Source: Bacilli bacterium
GTDB lineage: Bacteria; Bacillota_I; Bacilli_A; RFN20; CAG-826
DNA: 64,000 bases
Direction of reading: 5' to 3'
NCBI GenBank assembly: GCA_017429285.1
Contig: JAFRPF010000031.1
Span: 75,388-139,387, forward strand
Shown: positions 30,067 to 38,599 of the stretch, piece after piece
Layout: each line of letters starts with the position of its first letter
Numbering within the stretch: the first letter of the stretch is position 1
Program-made: the position numbers and the translations under genes
Notes under the pieces: generated by a model
What the model was told of the DNA's origin: nothing
Seen by the model: the letters and a program-made list of their open reading frames with translations, nothing else
The model's database searches: none

Positions 30067-30915
30067 ATGGATATTTACGAAGTAGTTTCAAAATTAAAAG
30101 CTAGTCATCAAGACTTAGTCATTGTGACCGTCACCGAAAAAGAAGGAATGTCTCCTTCTGATGTCGGAAAAAAGATGGTTGTCTCTCAAGATGGCCGCTC
30201 TTTTGGTACGGTCGGTGGGGGTTCTATCGAACACTATGCGATTAATAAAGCGAAAGAATTATTAAAAGAAAGAAAATCCATCACTGAAAAATATGTTTTA
30301 TTTGATAAAGATGTCAAACTTGATGATGGGGAAATCAAATTAAATATGGCTTGCGGTGGTAAAGCTACCTTATTCTATGAATTTGTTGGCCCTAAACAAT
30401 ATATCTACATCTTTGGGGCAGGACACTGCGGTGCCGCATTAGCGAGAATCTTAAGACCATTAGATTTCTATGTCATATTAATTGATTATCGAAAAGAAAT
30501 TATTGATCAATTAGATGATTCCGCTAACGAAAAAGTTTGTGAAGACTTTGTTGGCTACATTGAAAAAAATAAAAACTTAGATAATAGATATGTTGTCGTA
30601 TCCACACCAAGCCACATCCACGATTTCGATGTCTTAAATAAAATCTTAGAATTAAAATTAAACCCTGCTTACTTTGGAATGCTATGTAGCAAAAAGAAAA
30701 TTAAAGATTACATTTCTTCAGTTTATGAAAAATATGGGAAAAATATTAATCTAAATAACTTCTACGCTCCAATAGGATTAAAAACTGGAGGAGATTCTCC
30801 AGAAGAAGTTGCTATATCAATCGCTAGTGAAATCTTATCTATTTATTACGACAAAGATTTAAAAAACGCTCATATGCGAGACGATATAAAAGAAGAAGAA
30901 AAATACTATAAATAA
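30067..30915 (+). CDS. XdhC/CoxI-family protein (XdhC N-terminal plus Rossmann-like domain)
   Basis: VTVTEKEGMSPSDVGKKMVVSQDG..FGTVGGGSIE followed by IYIFGAGHCGAALARIL matches the XdhC_CoxI and XdhC_C architecture. Confidence 0.7.
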   Translation: MDIYEVVSKLKASHQDLVIVTVTEKEGMSPSDVGKKMVVSQDGRSFGTVGGGSIEHYAINKAKELLKERKSITEKYVLFDKDVKLDDGEIKLNMACGGKATLFYEFVGPKQYIYIFGAGHCGAALARILRPLDFYVILIDYRKEIIDQLDDSANEKVCEDFVGYIEKNKNLDNRYVVVSTPSHIHDFDVLNKILELKLNPAYFGMLCSKKKIKDYISSVYEKYGKNINLNNFYAPIGLKTGGDSPEEVAISIASEILSIYYDKDLKNAHMRDDIKEEEKYYK

Positions 30916-30918
30916 ATC

Positions 30919-30946
30919 AAAAAATGCCGCAAAAACGGCATTTTTC
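30919..30946. terminator. Bidirectional rho-independent terminator
   Basis: AAAAATGCCG-caaaaa-CGGCATTTTT lies between the convergent xdhC-like and ROK genes. Confidence 0.85.
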
Positions 30947-30963
30947 ATTAGTTTTTGATTGTT

Positions 30964-31908
30964 TTAGAAATATAATGCAGCAGCGCCAATCTTACCAGCG
31001 TCATAACCTAATGTTGCTTGTTCGATGATGACTTCTGGAGCTTTTCTCATACCATAATTATGTAGCTTCATATAGGTTCTAACACGGTTAAGTAAGTTAT
31101 CTCCTTCATTAGCCACACCACCCGATAAGACGATGATGTTTGGTCTAAAGATATTACAGTAATTTAATAAACCTTCAGAAAGATATTTCACATAATTATT
31201 AACGACTTCCTTAGCGGCTTCATCACCACGTTTTTCCGCAAGGAATGGGACTCTAGCGTCGATGCCACCAAGTTCATGAACTATTTCATGTAATAAGCTA
31301 TTTGGATTTTTATCCATCGCTTCTTTAGTTTCTCTATTTAAAGCGGTCGCACTAGCGTAGGCTTCAAAACAACCTTTTCTACCACATCCACATTCTTTAC
31401 CATCAAGTTCGATAACCATATGGCCTAGTTCCGCACCCATACCGAGATTACCATTATATAAATTTTTATTAATAACAATACCGCCGCCGACACCGGTGCC
31501 TAAGGTGATCATTAAAACATAATTATATTTCTTACCAACACCGAATTTAGCTTCCGCAATAGCAGCCGCATCCGCGTCATTAACCATCTTTACATATAGA
31601 TGGCATTTATTTTCCATAAACTCTTTTAAATTAAAGCCTGCCCATGTTGGTAAATTAGGGCAACTTACAATGACACCAGTTTCATTATTAAAAGTGCCTG
31701 GAATCCCAATTCCAATACCGACTACTTTGTCATCGTATTTATTCTCTTTTAATGTTTTATTAACTAATTCACATAGTTCACCTATAGTTTCTTCTGGTTT
31801 TTTATATTTATCCATCGGCATAGAGAATCTATGTAATATAGTTCCATCATTTTTAATTGTGGCGCCTTTAATAGAAGTACCACCAACATCGATACCTACT
31901 GCTATCAT
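30964..31908 (-). CDS. glcK: ROK-family glucokinase
   Basis: GIDVGGTSIKG ATP-binding N-terminus and the CGCGRKGCFEAYAS ROK zinc motif. Confidence 0.8.
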   Translation of the reverse strand: MIAVGIDVGGTSIKGATIKNDGTILHRFSMPMDKYKKPEETIGELCELVNKTLKENKYDDKVVGIGIGIPGTFNNETGVIVSCPNLPTWAGFNLKEFMENKCHLYVKMVNDADAAAIAEAKFGVGKKYNYVLMITLGTGVGGGIVINKNLYNGNLGMGAELGHMVIELDGKECGCGRKGCFEAYASATALNRETKEAMDKNPNSLLHEIVHELGGIDARVPFLAEKRGDEAAKEVVNNYVKYLSEGLLNYCNIFRPNIIVLSGGVANEGDNLLNRVRTYMKLHNYGMRKAPEVIIEQATLGYDAGKIGAAALYF

Positions 31909-31927
31909 ATTTATCTTCTTTCTATTA

Positions 31928-33049
31928 TTACCAATTTGTTAATACTGGTATTTCTGTACTACCAATATTAGTTAATGTTGCACTAGAGAATACTGTATTT
32001 GCAGTATCCGCTAAGAAATCACAATTCGCGGCGTATAAGAAGTATTCTACTTGTCCACCTTTTAAATCTTTAATACCAACACCAGTAAATTCCACTAAAT
32101 CAGTGGTTGGTTCATATACTGGAGCGGTGAAATACATAAAGTCATGGAATAAGGTTTTATCTTCAACTTTTGCATCTTTATCACCGCAATAATAATTATT
32201 ATTATCCATATCAAAGTCTAGATAAGCTGAAGCTGCATCTGCGTGATTAGCAAAATACATGCCGTTAATATACCATTCATTTGTGGTTTTACTAGATGAA
32301 TCTTTACGACGGTTAATCACGAACGTTGCACTATCGGTTTCATTGATATTTGTATAACCATCTTTTAATGTATAATGCCACATCTCAGTAGTTCCAGCGG
32401 GTGTAAAATAACCGCTATTAACATTACCAGCGCTATCATTATGCATATATAAACCGTTATCGATAAATAAGGTTTTTCTTGTTAAGGTTAAGGAAGTACC
32501 AAAATAACTTTCTTCTTGTAATCTAGCAATCGCAGCTCCATCATCGATATTTATCTGTGTACTTCTTGTGAAATTATTAGCGGAAGCCATCTTTAATAAG
32601 GATGAGGCGCTTCTCACTATCGCTACTGAATAATCGTTTCCGTTATGAGCGTATCTAGCGTAGATATCATATGTATCTGTCGTGTTACATCTGAAATTAC
32701 CATTCGCATAATCGATATATGTCTTAGAGAAATCGGTTAAACGGTCGTTATAGCCATCTTTATATCCATATTCAAATGTTTCCCAATCGTCCGCGCCGAT
32801 CTTAAATTCATCGCCTTGTTTCAAAGAAACATTCTTTAAACACATCTCATAGGTTTTATTACTAACATAAGTAAAAAGATTACTTTGATAATTATTATTC
32901 CATTTATCTACACCATCAAAAGTGCCCCTTAAATATAAAGGTGTCACTCCATATTCATAAGATGCTGCGGCCTCCGCTTTCATCATGACTGTGGAACAAC
33001 CCGCTAAGCACATTCCTAGGATTGGTAAAAAGATAATTTTAGCTTTCAT
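31928..33049 (-). CDS. Lipoprotein of unknown function
   Basis: MKAKIIFLPILGMCLAGCS contains a lipobox (LAG|C). The ATG at 33049 has a GAAGGA RBS, and the track's TTG start at 33085 adds 12 unlikely residues. Confidence 0.75.
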   Translation of the reverse strand: MKAKIIFLPILGMCLAGCSTVMMKAEAAASYEYGVTPLYLRGTFDGVDKWNNNYQSNLFTYVSNKTYEMCLKNVSLKQGDEFKIGADDWETFEYGYKDGYNDRLTDFSKTYIDYANGNFRCNTTDTYDIYARYAHNGNDYSVAIVRSASSLLKMASANNFTRSTQINIDDGAAIARLQEESYFGTSLTLTRKTLFIDNGLYMHNDSAGNVNSGYFTPAGTTEMWHYTLKDGYTNINETDSATFVINRRKDSSSKTTNEWYINGMYFANHADAASAYLDFDMDNNNYYCGDKDAKVEDKTLFHDFMYFTAPVYEPTTDLVEFTGVGIKDLKGGQVEYFLYAANCDFLADTANTVFSSATLTNIGSTEIPVLTNW

Positions 33050-33151
33050 AAAGTAATCCTTCTCTCTTTTCACAATAACAAACAATAATAATATTTACAA
33101 TTTATTTAATATTATTTGCTTATAAAAAGACTACCGAAGTAGCCTATTTAT

Positions 33152-34444
33152 TTATTTGTCATTTGATGACGCTCTTCTGGTTTTTGTCACTCTTCTATAT
33201 AAATAGATTTCTCTTCTATTAGAAATGAATAAAGAGTCAGGTCTTACATAGTTAGAAGCGCCGTGTTGATACTTCACAGGTTTGTTTTTACTTCTCATAA
33301 TGAGAACAATTACTAAACCAATCACTAAACCGATAATAAGTCCAATTATTAATGACATTACTAATTCTTGAGTAATAGCAAAGAGAATTCCAAATATCGC
33401 TCCACCAATGCCTAAGAAGAATAGCGTTAAGAATAAGATGAATTTAGGAACAGAAACTGGTAAGTTTCCAGCCACTTTTCCACTTTGTCCATTAACAGCG
33501 AACAAATAATTCTTTTCTTTCCATTTTGTGCTTAACACCCAAACTGGATATAAAGCATAGCTTGCTTTTGTATTAGATAATTGGATATTGGAATCTTCAA
33601 CACTAACATTTGAATAACCGCTGATATCATTTCTAAAAGCATCAATTGTGCCTTCACGACATCTTTGGGTGGCTCTATTAAATGTTTCGTCTTTATCAAC
33701 GTCATATCTATCCGCCGCAATACCTGCTAAATAAGCAACGCTAAATTCTTCGGCTTGTGAGAAATCAAATGGTTCAATAGATTCCATTAGTTTATCATCC
33801 ATCTTTTTAGATCCATCCACTGGGACATGGTCAAAAGCGATACCACCTTCACGGATGATGGAATAATATTTGGTTTCTTCATAGTTATAGTTAGAATCAG
33901 ACCAGGTTCTTCTTCTTTCACCTTTGAATCTAACTTTACCATTTACATCCGCATCAAAGATCCAGAATGGAACATATAAGGATCTAATTTCTTCAATTGT
34001 ATTCTCCTTAGAGAAACTGCTTGGTAATAATGGTTTCTTTTTAAAGAATTTCTTTAAATCCGCTTGGACATTTTCCTTATCATTTTTAAATGGAATAACG
34101 TAATTTGGTTTTAAATCACCAGATAGTTGTTTACTAACCACAAGGTTATTACCACAGTACGGGCATTTTGTAGATGAAGTTGTTTCATCAACAATAATTT
34201 CACCACCACAAGAATCACAGGAATAAATCTTCATTCCTTTCATTTCTTGGCTGGTATATTCTTGAACTCTAGATTCATCCCAAGCTGTTTCTTCTTGTTT
34301 ATTAGAAGCAATTTCATCAGTATACTTCTTTAAATCTTCGGTGGTAAACTGCGAATCGCAATAAGGACAAACAACATTTTGACTCTTATTATCAAACTCT
34401 AAAGTGCCACCACAGCATGGACATTTTAATTGCAAATTAGGCAT
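33152..34444 (-). CDS. Zinc-ribbon membrane protein (YdjG-like)
   Basis: Two N-terminal CxxC...CxxC ribbons (CPCCGG...CPYCDS; CDSCGG...CPYCGN). A C-terminal TM region reads ILFLTLFFLGIGGAIFGILFAITQELVMSLIIGLIIGLVIGLVIVLI. Confidence 0.65.
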   Translation of the reverse strand: MPNLQLKCPCCGGTLEFDNKSQNVVCPYCDSQFTTEDLKKYTDEIASNKQEETAWDESRVQEYTSQEMKGMKIYSCDSCGGEIIVDETTSSTKCPYCGNNLVVSKQLSGDLKPNYVIPFKNDKENVQADLKKFFKKKPLLPSSFSKENTIEEIRSLYVPFWIFDADVNGKVRFKGERRRTWSDSNYNYEETKYYSIIREGGIAFDHVPVDGSKKMDDKLMESIEPFDFSQAEEFSVAYLAGIAADRYDVDKDETFNRATQRCREGTIDAFRNDISGYSNVSVEDSNIQLSNTKASYALYPVWVLSTKWKEKNYLFAVNGQSGKVAGNLPVSVPKFILFLTLFFLGIGGAIFGILFAITQELVMSLIIGLIIGLVIGLVIVLIMRSKNKPVKYQHGASNYVRPDSLFISNRREIYLYRRVTKTRRASSNDK

Positions 34445-34461
34445 ATTTTTACCTCAATAGT

Positions 34462-35859
34462 TTATTTTTTGTCTAAATCGTTAATTGGATCTCCACATTC
34501 AGGACAGAATTTTGGAACATTGTTTGGATCTTTTGGCGTCCAACCACATTTATCACATTTAATGACGTGAGCTTCTGGTTTTGGTTTACCACAGTTAGCA
34601 CAGAATTTACCAGTGTTAACGGTGCCACATTCACATTTCCAACCAGCGGCTTCTTCTGGTTTTTTAGTGCCGCATTCAGGACAGAATTTTCCAGTTACTT
34701 TCGCACCACATTTTGGACAAGTCCATGTACCTTGTGGTTCAGGTTTTCTTTCGCCACACTCTGGGCAGAACTTGCCAGTAGCTTTCGCACCACACTTTGG
34801 ACAAGTCCAAGCATTAGCATTAGCTTGTGCTTGTTCCGCTTTTTGTTTTTCACCCATTTGATAGAAACCTTGGGCGTTCATACCACCGGCTTGTTGAGCC
34901 ATATTCATACCAAAGAATCCCATGGCCGCGCCATTTGGGTTACTAGCGGCGTTTTTCATAGCTTCAGCTTGAGCTTCAACTAAAGTTGCACCAGCCATAG
35001 AAGCATTTTTCGCGTAAACATTCTTTCTTTGTAAATCTTTGATTAAATCTTCATCTTCTTTTGGTAATGTGACACTACCTAAAGCGATAGAGATAACTTC
35101 AATACCTCTTAATGAACCCCATTGTTCATCTAAAGCGGCATTCATCGCTTTTTCTAAATCAGTGAGGTGAGTCATGATTTGATTTGGTCTTAATTGTAAT
35201 TCGCTTAATCTACCGAAAGCTGGTTGTAAAGCGTGGACGAATTCAGTTTTTAACTGGGAATCGATTTGACCTCTTGTGTAATTTTCAGAGATGTTACCAC
35301 AGACATTTTGATAGAAAAGAATTGGGTTTGTAATCTTATAGGAATAAACACCATTACATCTGACGGAAACATCGATATCGATACCGACATTATTATCAAC
35401 GATTCTAAATGGAACAGGATTTGGTGTACCAAACTTGTTGTCCATGATTTCCTTCATATTGAAGTAATAGACTCTTTGATCACTTCCTGTGTCTCCGCCA
35501 TAGGCGAAACGTCTACCGATGGTTTTAAATAAACCAACGACTCTTTCACCAAAGCTTCCTGCAAAGATTGATGATTCAGTTTTATTATCGAATTTATATG
35601 CACCAGGTTCAGCCGCAAATTCAACAATTTTACCTTGATCAACGATCACCATACATTGACCATCAGCCACAACGATTGTGGAACCATTAGAAATAATGTT
35701 TTCACTACCTTTTGTGTTAGATGATACTTTGCCATTGACTCTTTTTTGTCCTTTGCTGACTAAAACTTCAACTGGTAAGGCTTCACAATAAAAATATTCT
35801 TTCCATTGATCCGCTAAAGTGGAGCTCACAGAGCCCACAAATGCTTTAATTAAACCCAT
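34462..35859 (-). CDS. SPFH-like ('virion core protein'/YdjI-like) protein with four C-terminal zinc ribbons
   Basis: The N-terminus MGLIKAFVGSVSSTLADQWKEYF... resembles YdjI-type SPFH proteins. The C-terminus has four CxxC...CxxC units. Confidence 0.65.
   Translation of the reverse strand: MGLIKAFVGSVSSTLADQWKEYFYCEALPVEVLVSKGQKRVNGKVSSNTKGSENIISNGSTIVVADGQCMVIVDQGKIVEFAAEPGAYKFDNKTESSIFAGSFGERVVGLFKTIGRRFAYGGDTGSDQRVYYFNMKEIMDNKFGTPNPVPFRIVDNNVGIDIDVSVRCNGVYSYKITNPILFYQNVCGNISENYTRGQIDSQLKTEFVHALQPAFGRLSELQLRPNQIMTHLTDLEKAMNAALDEQWGSLRGIEVISIALGSVTLPKEDEDLIKDLQRKNVYAKNASMAGATLVEAQAEAMKNAASNPNGAAMGFFGMNMAQQAGGMNAQGFYQMGEKQKAEQAQANANAWTCPKCGAKATGKFCPECGERKPEPQGTWTCPKCGAKVTGKFCPECGTKKPEEAAGWKCECGTVNTGKFCANCGKPKPEAHVIKCDKCGWTPKDPNNVPKFCPECGDPINDLDKK
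34465..34809 (-). repeat. In-frame tandem repeats encoding four zinc-ribbon modules
   Basis: Two near-identical 84-nt units end at about 34725 and 34809 (WTCPKCGAK[AV]TGKFCPECG). Two further degenerate units follow. Confidence 0.75.
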
Positions 35860-35942
35860 AATTAGGCCTCCTATATCACAAATCTATTTTAATATATTTT
35901 TAGAAATTACCATATAAATGTGTAATTTATGATACATATTAA

Positions 35943-37451
35943 TTAAAAATCGGTTATTTGTGGACCGTGTTCATCATCTTTTTGTTCATGTTTTTTAAAT
36001 TTGAAAAGCAAAAGATACAAATAGAACAAGAACAGTAGTAACGAAACACTTCCTCCGATAATATGGGCAATGGTCATCGGGATAAATCTTCCTAACGCTA
36101 TTTCTGGCTCACCAAATATATAGGTGATAACCACCACACTCATAATTAAAGCAGGTATTCCTGTTATCAAAGATAAGAAATTATTCTTTTTAGTTTCTAA
36201 TAAATAGAAAGTCACTACCCATAAAGTGGCGGCCGCTAATAATTGATTACTCCAAGCAAACCATCGCCATAATAAATTGAAATGAGATGGATCTAAGAAG
36301 TTCCAAATACTAATACCAACCACTACCGCAAATAATGGAAGAGTTAATAATAATCGATTCTTAATTTTACCTTGGTTAACATGGAGCCATTCCGCTAGAA
36401 TAAGCCGACAACTTCGTAGGGCCGTATCTCCGCTAGTAATTGGACAAATAACTACGCCTATAACCGCTAAAACAGTGCCAACAGGGCCAAGTAAGGTAGC
36501 GCATATCTCCTTCACAGATGATGAACTACCACCGATAATGGATAAAGCTTTCCACCCATTCGCGGTATCAACGCGATAAAAAGCCATTGCGGCCGCCGCC
36601 CATATCAAAGCGATAACCCCTTCTGCCACCATCGCTCCATAGAAGACTTGTCTTCCTTCTTTTTCATTCTTAATACATTTAGCAATCATTGGTGATTGAG
36701 TAGCGTGGAAGCCGCTTACCGCACCACATGCAACAGTGGTAAACATAAATGGCCACCAAGGTAGACCGCCATTCGCGTTAGAAAAATCTTTAAAATTACC
36801 AATGATTTCTAACATTGGATATTTACCTTGTTGAAACATCACTCCACCGATAACCGCTAAAGCCATAACGATCAAAATAACTCCAAAAACCGGATATAAT
36901 TTACCGATAAATTTATCGATAGGTACTATCGTTGATAGTAAATAGTAAGCCAAAATGATAATCATCCATATCCAAGCAAATACTTTACCACCGGTTAATG
37001 ATTCTAATAATGAGGAAGGAGAAACCACAAATACCGCGGTCACAAGTATTAATAAAACAATGGAAAATATTCTCATGACTATTTCCATGACTTTACCAAC
37101 ATAAACACGAGATAATTTCACAATTGATTCTCCGTTATTTCTAGAAGAAACCATTCCTGAAAAATAATCGTGAACCGCTCCACCTAAAATACAGCCAAAA
37201 ACAATCCAGATAAAAACGATAGGACCGAATAAAGCGCCACTAATCGCTCCAAATATAGGACCAGTTCCAGCAATATTTAATAATTCAATAAGAAAAGATT
37301 TCCATTTAGGAAGAGGAGTGATATCCACTCCATCAGGATGTTTCATCGCTGGAGTTAAACGATGATCAATACCAAATACTTTCTCAGTGACGCGAGAATA
37401 TATGAGATATCCACCAATTAATAAGACAATTGCAATAAAAAACGTCCACAT
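35943..37451 (-). CDS. cstA: Carbon starvation protein A family transporter
   Basis: A 502-aa polytopic protein with a CstA-like N-terminus (MWTFFIAIVLLIGGYLIYSRVTEKVFG) and LNIAGTGPIFGAISGALFGP. Confidence 0.75.
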   Translation of the reverse strand: MWTFFIAIVLLIGGYLIYSRVTEKVFGIDHRLTPAMKHPDGVDITPLPKWKSFLIELLNIAGTGPIFGAISGALFGPIVFIWIVFGCILGGAVHDYFSGMVSSRNNGESIVKLSRVYVGKVMEIVMRIFSIVLLILVTAVFVVSPSSLLESLTGGKVFAWIWMIIILAYYLLSTIVPIDKFIGKLYPVFGVILIVMALAVIGGVMFQQGKYPMLEIIGNFKDFSNANGGLPWWPFMFTTVACGAVSGFHATQSPMIAKCIKNEKEGRQVFYGAMVAEGVIALIWAAAAMAFYRVDTANGWKALSIIGGSSSSVKEICATLLGPVGTVLAVIGVVICPITSGDTALRSCRLILAEWLHVNQGKIKNRLLLTLPLFAVVVGISIWNFLDPSHFNLLWRWFAWSNQLLAAATLWVVTFYLLETKKNNFLSLITGIPALIMSVVVITYIFGEPEIALGRFIPMTIAHIIGGSVSLLLFLFYLYLLLFKFKKHEQKDDEHGPQITDF

Positions 37452-37493
37452 AACGTTTATATTATAATTTTTTTATTTTAAAAATAAATATAT

Positions 37494-37522
37494 AAAAAGG
37501 AGCCACCATAGTAGGTAACTCC
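37494..37522 (-). terminator. Rho-independent terminator after the mscS-like gene
   Basis: On the minus strand GGAGTTACC-tactat-GGTGGCTCC (two G.U pairs) is followed by TTTTT. Confidence 0.65.
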
Positions 37523-37543
37523 CTTAGTTAATATAAATAGAGA

Positions 37544-38566
37544 CTATTTACGAACGTCGATATCTTTAGAAAGATCTTTTTGTTCTTCCACGAAATCTTC
37601 CGCTTCTTTTTTAACTTTTTTAGTGACTTTGCTATTGTCTTCACTTTGGTCATAAGAAACAGTGATTTGTGGGAATGGAATATTGACGTTATTGTCATCA
37701 AAGACAATCTTAATTTCACGGTTTAAATCACGTTGGACTTGATAGATATCAGATTCCTTACATTTAGCAACGAATAATAAGTTCACAGAACTATCAGCGA
37801 GTTCGGTAACACCTTTATAGAAAGGACCTTCCACGATCGCCGGAATCTTTTCTTTAATCTTTGGTAAGTTATCAGCGATGATAGCTTCCACTCTTTCAAT
37901 TCTATCTCCATAGGAGATACCAACGTAACATTTAGCAATGGATAATTCTTTGGTTTGGTTGATAATAGAACGGATATCACTATTATTAACGATCTTGATG
38001 TTACCACCAGCATCGACTAATTTTGTGGTTCTAATACCAATAGCTTTAACTTCACCTCTCCAACCATCGATGATAACGATATCACCAACTTGGAAGTCAC
38101 CTTCAAAGACTATGAAGATACCCGCTAAAATATCAGCGACAAGGGCTTGTGAACCAAGACCAATAATAAGGGTTAAGACACCAGCAGATGCAAGCATCAT
38201 TGTTGTATCAGCGCCCCATGCGGCGAAGATGACGAAGAATGTCACGATAGCCATCACCCATTTTAATAAGTTAAGTAATAATAAGCTGACGGTAATGGTC
38301 TTTTTGTTTTCAAATGTAATCTTTGCTAAGAATGAAAGTACGAGATTTACTAAGATAGCGATGACTACAATTTGAATGGTTCTAATGCTAGCAGGGATCG
38401 CTTTAGTGTATAAGTATTTCGCTACACTAGACCAGCTTTCTTTAGCCACGAAGATACTATGTGGTCCAAAGATTTTGTCGCTGAATACAAAGGATACGAT
38501 CACCGCCGCAGTGAGTAATCCTAATACTACCCAGCCAACAATTTTTAATGTTTTTTTGTTTTTCAT
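37544..38566 (-). CDS. MscS-family mechanosensitive channel
   Basis: TM helices precede FEGDFQVGDIVIIDGWRGEVKAIGIRTTKL, the MscS beta-domain signature. Confidence 0.85.
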   Translation of the reverse strand: MKNKKTLKIVGWVVLGLLTAAVIVSFVFSDKIFGPHSIFVAKESWSSVAKYLYTKAIPASIRTIQIVVIAILVNLVLSFLAKITFENKKTITVSLLLLNLLKWVMAIVTFFVIFAAWGADTTMMLASAGVLTLIIGLGSQALVADILAGIFIVFEGDFQVGDIVIIDGWRGEVKAIGIRTTKLVDAGGNIKIVNNSDIRSIINQTKELSIAKCYVGISYGDRIERVEAIIADNLPKIKEKIPAIVEGPFYKGVTELADSSVNLLFVAKCKESDIYQVQRDLNREIKIVFDDNNVNIPFPQITVSYDQSEDNSKVTKKVKKEAEDFVEEQKDLSKDIDVRK

Positions 38567-38599
38567 AAATAAATAGCCTCCTTGTTTATGAAATTTTTA

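Noticed and set aside
34567-35642. ORFs antisense to or out of frame with the SPFH/zinc-ribbon gene (34567-34983, 34613-34861, 35250-35432, 35266-35532, 35454-35642)
   Set aside because: They are shadow ORFs of a strongly supported gene. The Phe/Trp/Ser-rich translation mirrors the repeated zinc-ribbon coding DNA.
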